Below are positions 23,343-35,480 of a DNA stretch of 64,000 nt, in pieces. Both the position numbers and the translations under genes were made by a program. A model generated the notes under the pieces. The model was given only the letters and a program-made list of their open reading frames with translations. It had not been told where the DNA came from and did not search any database. The stretch's first letter is position 1; each line of letters starts with the position of its first letter. Source of the stretch: Azolla caroliniana (Eukaryota > Plantae > Polypodiophyta); NCBI GenBank assembly GCA_043228905.1, contig JBHGNT010000010.1, positions 14,942,001-15,006,000 on the forward strand, given 5' to 3'.

Positions 23343-26300
23343 TTACTTATAGCCTTTTGAAATTACTCCAAGAATCTCTTCGTGAGAGTTAGTTATGATT
23401 TGGCAAGAAAATATTCTATAGTTAGTTTTTTGTTTACTTTTCTTCCGATTCATCCTTGAATGGATTTTTCGGCATGTGTCCACGATATGGTTTAAGCTGG
23501 AAACCATTGACCCATTTCGGTAAAATCTCACTGATAGGGTTCCCAATTGATACGTACCATTTTTACTGTTCATGATCCAAACTGGTCCCGTCCATCTAAA
23601 CCGAAGTTTTCCTGGCATCGCCCCCATCTTGGTCTAGAAAACCAGTACTGGTTTCCCGATTCTGAATTCAGATTCGGTTTTCCGTCGGTGTTGATTTACA
23701 AATGCCTTGGTTTGCCTTTGCTTGTGCTCTAAAGCTGTCATAGCTTGTAGTCGGTCTTCTTCTAACAACAATAAAGATTCTTTCCGAATTTGCTCCGACT
23801 GTAGTTCATTTAATTTTTCGGTTGCTTGTATTCGGAGTGTCGGGATCTGGAATTCGATTGGCATCACTGCCTCCAATCCAAAAGCCATTCGGAAAGGTGT
23901 TGATTTAATAGATGTTTTGTACGACGTGCGATATGCCCATAAAACACTATGCAACTTTTGATCCTAGTCCGTACGATTCTTATTTACTATCTTCTTGAGT
24001 ATTGTCTGGAGGGTTTTGTTTGTCGACTCCGCCAATCCATTCGCTTGTGGATAGTAAGGAGTGCTTTTCTTATGAACCACTGCATAGTAGGTAGACAATT
24101 CATGAACAAGTTTGTTAATGAAATGCGTACCTTGATCGCTCACTAATTCTATTGGGCAACTGAATCGACACCATATACTTTCATACAAAATTTTTGCTGT
24201 TGAAGCTACCGTATTATCCCTAAGAGCTTTAGCTTCTACCCACTTCGTACAGTAGTTAGTAGTCCGTACGATTCTCATTTACTATCTTCTTGAGTATTGT
24301 CTGGAGGGTTTTGTTTGTCGACTCCGCCAATCCATTCGCTTGTGGATAGTAAGGAGTGCTTTTCTTATGAACCACTGCATAGTAGGTAGACAATTCATGA
24401 ACAAGTTTGTTAATGAAATGCGTACCTTGATCGCTCACTAATTCTATTGGGCAACTGAATCAACACCATATACTTTCATACAAAATTTTTGCTGTTGAAG
24501 CTACCGTATTATCCCTAAGAGCTTTAGCTTCTACCCACTTCGTACAGTAGTTAGTAGTCCGTACGATTCTCATTTACTATCTTCTTGAGTATTGTCTGGA
24601 GGGTTTTGTTTGTCGACTCCGCCAATCCATTCGCTTGTGGATAGTAAGGAGTGCTTTTCTTATGAACCACTGCATAGTAGGTAGACAATTCATGAACAAG
24701 TTTGTTAATGAAATGCGTACCTTGATCACTCACTAATTCTATTGGGCAACTGAATCGACACCATATACTTTCATACAAATTTTTTGTTGTTGAAGCTACC
24801 GTATTATCCCTAAGAGCTTTAGCTTCTACCCACTTCGTACAGTAGTTAGTAGCCACTATAATATATCTATTGCCTGTTCTTACTGCTGCCGGTTTGAAAG
24901 GGCCTACAAAATCCAACCCCCATTTCTGGAAAGGTTCAAGAGGTAACACCGCTTGAAATGGCCTTCGGTCCCTTTCTGTCGGTTGTCCCATACGTTGGCA
25001 TAAATCACATTTTCGACAATATTCGACTGCATCCTTCATCACTGTCGGCCACCATAACCCACTGTTCCATATTTTTCTTGCTGTGGTTTCCCCAGCATAG
25101 TGTCCTCCTGCAATTCCACAGTGTGATTCCCGAAGAATGACCGATTTTTCGAATTGTCGTATTGTTCTTCTCCAAATACCATCTGCTCCTTTATGATACA
25201 GAGTGTCATTCAAAAGACAAAAATTACGACCCCATACCGCCAACCTTTTCCTTTCGTCTGCCGATAGATGTTCGGGTGGTAACCCTGTTGTAAGAAAGAT
25301 TGTCATTTCTGAGATCCAACCATCCTCACTTTCTTCATTTACACCCTGTGCATTTACTGCTTCCTCTCGAAAAAGTTGACCATCCGGAAAATCATCCTTG
25401 ACACCCGTGCCTTCTTCTCTTGACTCTAGTTGACTGAGATAATCGGCCACTGCATGCTGTACTCTTGGCCGATGTAAAATGTCGAATTTGAATTCTTGGA
25501 GTAGAAGAGTCCATCTTGCTAACTTGCCAGTTAACTCTTGTTTCGAGACCAAATAAAGAAGAGCCGAATGATCAACATGAAATGTAAACTTTTTCCCCAA
25601 AAGATAGTGTCAAAACTTATTGACACTATAGATCATTCCTAAAGCTTCCCTCTCAGTGGTAGAGTAATTTCTTTCTGCTGTCGAGAGTTTCCGACTAGCA
25701 TAGTAAACTGGCCTGTACCAATTCAGTTCGGTTAACTGCATTAATACACTCCCAATTGCGATGTCCGATGCGTCGACAAAAACATGGAATGGCTTATTCC
25801 AATCAGGTGGTTGAACAACTGGAACTTTGGACAACATTTTCTTCAGACAATCATATGCATCCTGTTCCACAGTTGTCCACTGAAAAGGAACGTTGTGTAC
25901 TGTTGTATGTAAGGGAATGGCGATATCCGCAAGATATCTTATCATTCGGCTAAGCCATCTTATTTGCCCCAAAAACCGACTGAGAACTTTAGCATTTGTG
26001 GGTGCCGGTGCTTCCAGTATGGCTTTAACCTTGTCAGAGTCCACTGCAATTCCTTCCTGACTGACAATATGGCCTAATAATGTGCCACTAGTGACCCCGA
26101 ATGCACATTTAGCTAGATTTAAACTAAGCCGTCCTTCCCGACATTTCTCCAAACATAGTCGTAAATGCTCAAAATGTTTGGTTTTCTGACTATAAATAGC
26201 AAAATCATCCAAAAATACTTCCATAAAGGCAGGAATGTAATTCCCAAATATTTCCTTTATCACTCTTTGAAATGTCGTCGGAGCGGTCTTCAAGCCAAAC

Positions 26301-29200
26301 ATCATTACTACTGCTACAAACACTCCCCATTCTGTAACAAAAGCTGTCTTTTCTTGATCTTCCGGATTCATCCGAATCTGATTATAACCACTAAAATCAT
26401 CTAGGAAACTATATACTTCATGGCTAGCTACCGCATCCAATATACCATCCGTAAATGGTAATGGAAACGCATCCGTAACGGTAGCCGCATTTAGTTTCCG
26501 GTAGTCGACACATACCCGAATTTTGCCATTCTTTTTCGGAACTACGACGATTGGACTTAACCATGTCGATTTTTTCACCGGACGAATAAACCCTACTTTC
26601 AAAAGTTTATCTATTTCTTCTTTAACTTTAATAGCATAATTAGGATTTAATGGGTACCTGCGTTGTTGAACTGGCTTTGCATCCTTATGCAAGTTGATTT
26701 GATGTTAACAAAAAGTTGGATCTAGTCCCTTCATATCTTCAAAAGACTAGGCAAAGACATCCTTATATTGCTTTAATAATGCTGTTAACCTTTGTTTGTC
26801 CGCTTCTATCATATCCTTAGCAATGAGTACTGTTTTCAACTCATTGTCCCCATCTTCTTTTGCCAAATTTATTTCCTGCAATGCTGAAGGTTGAACTCGT
26901 TGGGACACCTTCATCTCTCTATCGGTAGCTTCTTGTTGGAGTCGTATCTCCTTCATTGCTTGCTCATCTATTGGCAATTCCTCCTGGGAATCCACATACG
27001 GCATCAAGGCTTGTAAAATATCTACTTCGAACAAAGGAATGATTTTCGGATTATCATCAAAATACTAATTTTCTTCGACCTCGTCTAATCCTTCCATCAT
27101 ATTGACAGACTCAACATACACAGGCAAACACTGTTTGCTTGTCGCAACCTTGTTCTGTGTTGAAACCCGGATTTTCGTTTTGCCTTTTCTGAATGTTAAT
27201 TGATTCTGATTCCAATTCTGCTTGATGTTAGCAGTCTTTAACCACGGTCGCCCTAATAACAAAGGATATGCACCAGGAGCTTCCAAATGAAGAATGACTG
27301 CTGATATCAAAAAACTATGACCACCCAATACCACCTCTAATTGGTGGAGTAAACCAATTGGTCGTACCCTAGTGGTATCCGCCATTCTTAGCCAAAATGG
27401 GCAAGCTTCCCATTTAGTAATTCCCAACCTATCACAGGTGGTTTTATTAATGACATTCACTCCTGAGCCCCCATCGATAATCGTATTTTCAATTTCCTGA
27501 CCCTGAATTATTACTTTAATTGATGGATTTTGCTCATCCATGATTGAAGGGCTGGTGCTCGGCTGACTATAATGTACCGATACTTGTTCTGACCCCTTTT
27601 GGGCAATCAATGTTGCCACTTTTTCTGTAAATCTAGGGTCCAACTTCAGTAATCCGGTCAGTGGTAATGATACTTGGCAATCTGCCAAGAGCTTCCAAGT
27701 TTCATCTTGTTCTGGTACAACAATAACTCTTGGTAATTCGGTAGCTTGGTTAATTTCATTGTCTTGGAGCATCCGGTTTACATTATTTTTGTTTGCTTCC
27801 TCTACCCATTCCTTGGCTGCTTTCCGGATTGCTTCTTGAATCTCCAACTCCGATTGTTTACTTTTGCTTCTAGTGGTTACTTGCTGTATTTCCGGTATAA
27901 CCATATTAACCGCTGGTCCTTTTCCTTTAGCAGGACATTGATTAGCATAATGACCAGTTTGACGGCAAATATAACAAGTAGGAACAAATGTTCCACTTCC
28001 CTCTCCTTGCTCAAACTGACTAGTCCCATCATTTTGCATAAATTGTTGACCATCATCCGAAGATTCCTGAAACTGTCGTGAGGCTTTCGGTTTGTAGAAT
28101 CTTTTATTTTTATACTGGTTCTGCTTAAACCGTCCTCCATCCGGCGATTGCTGAAATTATCGTGAGGCTTTCGGTTTGTAGAATTTTTTATATTTATACA
28201 AGTTCTACTGATTCATATTCGGTGTTACCGAGAATTCTTGATTTTGTTGAAAATTATTTTGTTGAAAATCTTGATTGTGCTGAAAATTATTTTGTTGAAA
28301 AGTTGGATTCTACTGGAATTTATTTTGTTGAAAGGCTTGATTTGTTTGAAAATTATTTTGTTGACTTTGTGGAAAACTCTTTTGTTGGTATCCATTACTG
28401 AACGAATTGTGGTTATTGTGGTACCCGTTTTCCGGAAAAATTTGTCTTACCGGAGCCGTCGTCTTATTGAGCAAATTATACTCACATTGCTCGACCGAAT
28501 GAAGTTTAGAATGACATATTGTGCAATGTGTACACAGACTACATTCGATCGTCGAATGTCCGGTATTTAAACAAGTAGTACACTGAACTGCTTGTCAAAA
28601 TTGCAACTCCTCCATCATTTGTAGTGTACGATTTAACACTGACATATCCATACTTCGTACATTTATCGGCTGTTGGCCCATAACGATTGCCTTATCAATC
28701 ACTTGCTCGATATTCTGATTCCCGAAATCGAACACCTTCAGTGTTGTTCGTAATGGTTCACGAATTGCTTCAAGGAATACATCCTTCAATTCATCGTCCA
28801 GAATAGGCCTAGAAATTTGCAGTTGCAAATTCTGAAAACAAATCACAAATTGCGACACCGTTTCCTGCTACTCCTGATACAACGCATAAAATTGCGCTAT
28901 CAAATCTTTTTGAGGTATTTGACGATGAAATAATTGCAGAAATTTACTGTTAACTTGTTCGAATGTTTCGAACCCATGGAGACCATTTTGCGCAAACCAA
29001 TTAGCGGAATAACCCTCCAATGACAAAACGAACTCATCAATCTTTGACTTATCTTCGGTTTCCGCCGACAATCTCTGAGCTCCATGATTAATCTCCCATG
29101 TTGTCAGAAAATCCCTCACATGCACTTCTGCATCAGCTCCCTCACGAAACTTCGAGTACGGATAAGGCATATTGTCCTCACTCCATATATCGTAAAATGA
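23343..29200 (-). pseudogene. Gypsy C gag-pol polyprotein (decayed)
   Basis: Zinc knuckles (CTTCLNTGHSTIEC, CTICHSKLHSVEQC, CYICRQTGHYANQC); PR IIDGGSGVN; RT YSFLDDFSGYNQI...FLDDF; RH FVDASDIAIG...ERNYSTTEREAL; INT HHCC, WGLDFVGP, SDQGTHF, YYPQANGLAE, WTGP. Confidence 0.92.
23965..24849. repeat. 295-bp unit in three tandem copies within the integrase core of Gypsy C
   Basis: Units start at 23965, 24260 and 24555; near-identical; TAG(T) microhomology at the junctions. Confidence 0.95.
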
Positions 29201-29435
29201 TACCTCTTTCGGCTGATTTTCGTCGGAAGACTGGCTATCAGTTAAATCAGGAAGTACCAACCAACTTCTAATTGTTTCCGGCTGTAATCCCTCAATCGAT
29301 TTTGTCTCTAGCGTCTTTGTAACAGAACGCGTACGAGGATGTTTACAACTGACTGGTGTATTCGGACCATACGACATCCATTCGTCTTGTTCTCTGCTAT
29401 GTGCAGATGTAACCGGGCGTGCCAAAATTATACTG

Positions 29436-29882
29436 TATTGTTCAGTCGACGATTACTATTTTGCCGACATAGTATAAGACGAACGTTCGTATCAAACGTT
29501 CTATCAAGAAGTTGTGGTTAGACGAATAGATACGAATTATCTGTAAACTTATCGGTGATAACAGACACCGAGATCGTGACTTATGTAATATAGTTTAGAC
29601 AGAAATAAATAGATGACAAGAAGCAATCCGTACACAGAGATTTCTTAACCAAACTTTATATTACGAAATACAACGATAGATTTTTATAATGCCTCTGGTT
29701 CCTTTTATAGGTAACCCGAAGGTCTTTTCTCATCAAGAAATCCTATTGCCTATAATTATCAAGAACTAACTATGTCCTATTCGGCTCTCTGCTGAGTCAT
29801 CGATCTGAACTGTCGATTCGACTCCGACTCCGACTCCCAACATCTTTCCGACTCCGATGTATCTATACTTGTCCGGGTAACA
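29436..29882 (-). repeat. 5' LTR of Gypsy C
   Basis: Matches 19165-19335 plus 19935-20226. Confidence 0.92.
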
Positions 29883-29887
29883 ACGAG

Positions 29888-32800
29888 TTATGGATGAAAG
29901 GGGGCGCGTCGGACCCAAGTTTATGAGATCTGGCTGGCATAGGACACCGGTTCACCGACATAACGCTACGAGAGCTCAAGGTCAGTAGGGATGGCTTTCT
30001 ACTGCCGGTGGAGGAGGAACGGTTTCAGAGAATGCTCGGGAGGCACGGGAAGGCCTTCACATTCTCATCGGAAGTGATCGGGTGCGTAGACCCGACGGTC
30101 GTTGAGCCGACGATTATCTTCATGGTACCGCATGTGCCGTGGAATCTCAAACCAATTCTAGTACCTAGAGCTCACATCTTGAAGCTAATGGAGTTACTGA
30201 AGCAGAAGGTGGAGATGGGCATCCTCGAACCGTTGAGTGCCCCATACTTGAATTGGTGGTTTACCGTGCCAAAGAAGAACGACACGTTGCACTTTATTCA
30301 AGACCTGCAACCGGTCAACAAGGTGACCATTCGGAACGCAGGAATCGGACCGACCATTCTCGAGTTCGTGGAGGCCTTCGCCGGAAGGTCAATTTACTCG
30401 GTTGGGGATCTGTACTCGGGGTACGACCAATTACAACTAGCCGTGGAGAGCAGGGATATTACGACAATGCGGACTCCTCTCGGCCTAGTGCGGATGTGTA
30501 CCCTTCCGCAAGGGGGGACAAACTCGGTAGCGCACATGGTGAATGTGATGAATAAAGTGCTAAGGGACTACATCCCGGAAATCACCATGCCGTTTTTGGA
30601 TGACATTCCGATCAAGGGATGTCTGGTGGAGGATAAGAACGAAACGGTTGGACCGGACGAGTGTCGGAAATTTGTCTCGGACCACATCGGAGACTGCGAG
30701 AAGGTGCTACAAAAGCTGGAAGGCGCATGACTCACCTTCTCCGGGGAGAAATCGAATTTCAGACAGTCGGAAATCATGGTCGTCAGACACCTGTGCGGGC
30801 CTTATGGCCGGAAATCGTCTCCGGCTAAGGTGGAAGCTATCTCCGTGATGAAGGAAGACTGTAGGTCGGTTACAGAAGTCCGGAGGTTCTTGGGAGCTTG
30901 CGCGTTCTACTACATTTGGATCCCACATTATGCCCATATCGCGGAGCCGCTCTATAGGTTGTTGAAGAAAGGGCGCAAGTTGGAGTTGGGTGGGGAGCAT
31001 GTGGAGTCAGTCTGGAAAATGAAAGAAGTGATTGCCGTGGCACCGACACTCCGGAAAGCGGTCTATGGTAAACATGTTCCAATTTATGTAACCGTAGACA
31101 CGAGTCCGATCGGAATCGGATGGGTGATCAACAAGAAGGATGAGAACGGCACGAGGTTCCCCATCCGGTTCGGTGCGAAAGTACTTAGCGAGCGACCACG
31201 AGGATACACCCAGGTTAAACGCGAACTTTGGGGTATCGTTTCGGCGGTCAAGGCCGACAAAGACTACCTGATAGGGACGAAGGTAATAATAGAGATGGAC
31301 TGGCTACTGATTCTCGGTATGGTTTCCGAATGCGCGACGCCAGACCTAACAATGCTCAGGTGGATAGCGTACATTAAGTCCCTGAATCTGTAGATTCGGC
31401 ACATCTCTGGGAAGGACAACGCCATGGCCAACATGCTTTCGAGCGCGAGGTTTGATGACGAGGGCGGCATGGTTTTAGAGGACGAGGAAGTCGGCGTGGA
31501 CTTCTTCGAGACGGCTTACGTGACAACGAGAAAGGGGGGCAACGAGGTCGATGAGAGCAATTACGACGGGGAGTGGCTCTAGATCGGTGGGTTCCTGAAA
31601 ACGATGACGTCGGACAACGTGGACAAAGGAAGAGGCTAACCGGATCCGGAAGAAAGAGTACCGATTCTTCCTACGGGACAGAAGCATATGGAAACACCTG
31701 AAGAAGCGAGATGGCGTCCCACTTCGGGTAGTGGTGAGGAAGGAGGAGCAAGAAGCATTGTTGATGGCGTACCACGAGAGTCCTTGGGTTGGACATCAGG
31801 GGACATGGGCCACGTTCGAGAAGCTGAAGGAGAAGTACTGATGGCCATGAGTAAAGATATACCGGGACGTGCATCGGTTTGTAACGACTTGCGAAAGCTG
31901 TTAGATGCATTCACTTCAAGTGGATCGTGGATCTGGTAACGATGCCGATGGGGGTAGGGCAGATGAGATACCTGGTGCTAGCACGGGAGGACCTGATGAA
32001 CCAGGTGGAGGGCCGAGCATTACCGAACAAGACGACTGCGGCCATGTGCCGGTTCTTGATCGAAGAGGTGGTATGTCAGTACGGGTGCATAGGGAAGATC
32101 GTAGCGGACCGTGGAGAACTGGATGCACAAGAGGCAGAAGAGCTATTTGATCGGTTAGGGGTTAAACTCTCGTTCACCACGACGTACAATCCAGAGGCAA
32201 ACGGGAAGGTGGAACGCGGACATGGGCCAATCGTAAAGGCGTTCGTACAAGCATGTGAAGGCCAAGTCGGGAATTGGCCGTGACTCCTACCTTACATGTT
32301 GTGGGTGCACCGAACTACGCATAGTTCGGTAACCGGGTTCATGACAGCGGAGTTGATCTACGGGCAGAAGCCGATCATGACGATGGAGCGAACGATCTCC
32401 TCATGGGCCGCGTTGGACTGGAGAGACGAGATGAGCCGGGAGGAGCTGTTAGCGGTGCGAATCCGACAGCTCGAGCGATGACCGGAGGACGTGGAACGAG
32501 CAATGGCGAAGCTGCGTGCGGCAAGGACAAAGAACAAGGGGTGATTCGACTGGACTCACCGACTACAACCGAAGAAAATCGAGGAAGGAGACTGGGTTCT
32601 GGTCTACGACAGCTGCCTCGACAACTAGCACAAGGCGATGCGGAAATTTGCGAAGAGGTGGTTCGTGACGTGAACTCAAGGCTCCTTTTGCACAACGCTC
32701 GGCCACAACCGAGCTTAGGATCATACACAGAAAACGGGAAACAAATGCACGCGACACAAAGGAGAGAAAAGGTACACAAAATGTTTACATGGAAAACCCA

Positions 32801-33525
32801 AAGAGGGAAAAACCACAGCAACCCACAGACTGCAAACTATCACTATGTTGGAATGTACAAAACAGTGAGTTCACGGAGGCAACGACCTCGTGCTCACGAT
32901 CTTCGCCACAGGCGGCGGTTACAACAGAGGCAACGACCTCTTTCTCTCTCTCTCTCTCTGTACACTGTTACGTGCTCTCTCTTCTTCTTGCACCAACAAG
33001 AAAATAACAACAACAGTAACTAAAAGTTTGCCCTAAGTCATATTTATACTAATATGACTTTTCGGATATTTACAAATATAGCCTCGATGGACTCTCAAAA
33101 ACATATTTACGAATATGTCTCTTCATCCGGTTCTCACCGGGTCTGCACCATCCGGTTCTCCGTAGCCGGGTACTCCTCATCCGGTCTTCACCGGGTCTGT
33201 ATCATCCGGCTCTCCGTAGCCGGCTACTCCTCATCCGGTTTCGGCCGAGGCCTATCGGCCTCGGCCGAGCTTGTTCATCGGCACTGTTCTTCTCCCTTCC
33301 CATCCGGAGGGACCTGTCTCCCAACAGTTCGGGCCTTATGGGGTGATAAGCACCAACGACAACGGCACCTACCATCTCGCGGAGCTCGACAGAACGAGAA
33401 TAGCTGTGCCGGTGGCTGGGAAGAGGATCAAGGCGTTCAAGAAGGGGCACGAGGACGAACCGGATCCAGAGGACATGGATAGCGACGACAACCGGTTAGG
33501 AGCGGATGGTGTCAGGAGATCGTAA
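29888..33525 (+). pseudogene. Gypsy A pol (RT-RNase H-integrase), decayed
   Basis: DLYSGYDQ, LPQGGTNSVA, PFLDD, VTVDTSPIGIG, DLVTMP, ADRGELD, YNPEANGKVERGH, WFGPY. Confidence 0.92.
32666..33326 (-). mobile_element. Solo LTR (same Copia-type family as 19336-19929) in the integrase of Gypsy A
   Basis: TGACG...CCAACA on +, perfect GTTCG TSD; removal restores RWFGPY. Confidence 0.93.
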
Positions 33526-33603
33526 GATAAGTGTGGGCCGGTCTTCTCCGAGAAAGGTCTATTCTGGCGCATACCGATGGATGCTTGGTTAGGTGGGGGT
33601 GGA

Positions 33604-34252
33604 TGTCGTGGAGAAAACCGTCCCTAGGAGGAATCGGTGAATAGAAAGCGTGAACCGGCCCTTACACGCGGGCACATGTTTTGATGTATCGCGCATAGTT
33701 AGGTACAGGTCGGCGATGTGAATATCCTAGGTAGCGCGTATGCATTAGGTAGGGAATCGAGGAGTATCTCTATCCAAAAGGATAGAGAATAAAAGTGATG
33801 TAACAGACTATAACGTCTCTCTCTCCTTGGGCTATAAAAGGGGAGGAAAGGGGACTGAGTGGGGATCGTGTTGTAGAGGACGAAGTGCTATTAGACTGGG
33901 ACTGAGCTCTTCTCCTCTGTCTTTCATCGTTCTCTGCAGGTTTTGGGAGGCTGGCTCTGCTTCATGGAAAGCCCGAGTGCTTCCGGCAGAGGCTCCATCT
34001 CGTGTTGTCCGTGTGCGTTGTGTGAGTTTGTTGTCAGCATGTTGACGCTTACCGGCTAACCGGTTGTAACTTTGATCATAAGTATATATTAGCCTTATTC
34101 GTAGTTCGATCTTTGTTGTGAGTTCTTTGTGTATTTGTGCGCGCGGCTCGACCGTGGTTTTGTGTCGCTCCTCCCTCCGTCCGGTTATTCCCCGGTTCAG
34201 GGCCCCCGCAGTCCCGCCTTGGTTTCTCTTGCGTGTGCAGAATAACACGATA
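33604..34252 (+). repeat. 3' LTR of Gypsy A
   Basis: Follows the PPT; direct repeat of 15899-16546. Confidence 0.95.
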
Positions 34253-35189
34253 ACGGGGAAGCCGTACACATCGATACATGTTAGAGCCCATCCTGATATC
34301 TGGCATTTGAACCATTGCATCCATGCGACTTAGCTTGCACACATTGAGATGTGAGACGGGGTGTTGGGGCACAAGTGATGAGAGTGGCCGACCATGCACA
34401 CTTTGCCCTAAAAAAGTTGGAGAGTCTGAGTATCACACTTTGATACAATGCTCTGCCTTTGATCATATTCGACCATGCTCTCCACATCTCTTCGATCGAG
34501 CCCAATCCTTGCACAAATTTCTCTCACAATCACGATGTGCACTCTCGATTGCAACATTCATTGGTAAAGTTCTTGAACATCGAGAGTTGCTACTCACCTT
34601 CACACGTATCACGTGAAATGTAATATTTTTGGTCTCATAGGTCATATTTGACCTCCGAAGACGATAATATAATCTATCTATCTATCTATCTAACCACATG
34701 CATAGAAACCACCTTGAACTCCTCATATAATTGCCCGTACACTCTACCCAAAACATCCTTGACTTCATTCTCTCCTAAGAAGAGTTCACCTTCAACCTAT
34801 GGAACTTCGACTCATAGCCATTAACTCATTAGGTCATGGGGATCTTAAATGCCTACCATTTTCTACATTTCACTACCTTCCAAAGGCAAGGACACAGACA
34901 TAGGTGCCTAAAAAAACAAGTGTCTCACAAGTTTAAAAAAGAGGCATGAGAGGTAACAAAGGAAATAAGACTCATTAGTGACTTAGGTGTCAAAAGGCCT
35001 ATGGGTAAGGTACTTTGTGAGAAATATGATGACATGTTATTTAATGAGCATGATGGTGTGTATCATATTCAAATTTCCACTAAGAAGGGTGATCACATAG
35101 TGTATGCATTATTTTCACATTGAGAGTTTTTACTATGGAGTAGTAATCTGCCTTCTTAGGAAGGAGTCACATACAAGATGATATGTTAA

Positions 35190-35480
35190 TTTGGTCCCAT
35201 AGGTCAAAATTGAGCCCATCATTGTTACCGATAGATATTGTGAGTGGAAGCAAGGAAAAAGATCCAAAAGACACATCAAAGAAAATGTTGGTGTTCCGAT
35301 TGATGAATGATATGGAAAAATGGTTTGGAAGATGGGATACAACACATTTGCTTCATGATATATCTATTGATTCCTTCTTCAACACCAATGTATCATGACA
35401 AGGGAAAAATGTGTCGCTTCAAACTTCACACGTTTTGTCATATATGTTGCACCTAACTACAAAAACCATATTCTTCGTCA
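35190..35480 (+). mobile_element. Second, rearranged fragment of the same LINE family
   Basis: 'DMEKWFGRWDTTHLLHD...YVAPNYK' parallels 15650-15890; a 3'-UTR-like piece GGTCCCATAGGTCAAAATTGA lies at ~35192. Confidence 0.75.

Larger units (their letters stand above)
19165..29882 (-). mobile_element. Ty3/Gypsy LTR retrotransposon C, nested in pol of A, with an extra 3' ORF
   Basis: LTRs 29436-29882 (5') and 19165-20226 (3', interrupted by a solo LTR). 5-bp TSD GCGAG/ACGAG whose removal restores A's frame (PEGSE-LWMKG). PBS TGGCACGCCCGGT at 29424-29412; gag, PR, RT, RH, INT on the minus strand. Confidence 0.95.
15899..34252 (+). mobile_element. Ty3/Gypsy LTR retrotransposon A (full-length, decayed; hosts Gypsy C and a solo LTR)
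   Basis: LTRs 15899-16546 and 33604-34252 (TGTCG...CGACA/CGATA; ~94% identical over the first ~120 bp by eye). PBS TGGTGAACCCGATGTGAA at 16551, PPT GTTAGGTGGGGGTGGA at 33588-33603, 4-bp TSD ATGG/ACGG, domain order gag-PR-RT-RH-INT. Confidence 0.95.
15524..34690 (+). mobile_element. 5'-truncated non-L1 LINE (RTE-X/L2-like) 3' end, split by Gypsy A; parts 15524-15898 and 34257-34690
   Basis: Removing Gypsy A rejoins the frame ...IFFAE-R-GSRTHRYMLEP...RLSLHTLRCETGCW...CTLC...ESEYHTLIQC, a C-terminal Cys/His motif typical of such LINE ORF2s. 3' UTR hairpin AGGTCA-TATT-TGACCT, (ATCT)n tail at 34672-34690, possible TAACC TSD. Confidence 0.8.

Noticed and set aside
23965-24849. Regularly spaced repeats as a possible CRISPR-like array (also 5211-6009 and 9581-9795)
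   Set aside because: Whole units are duplicated with no unique spacers; eukaryotic context; no cas genes.
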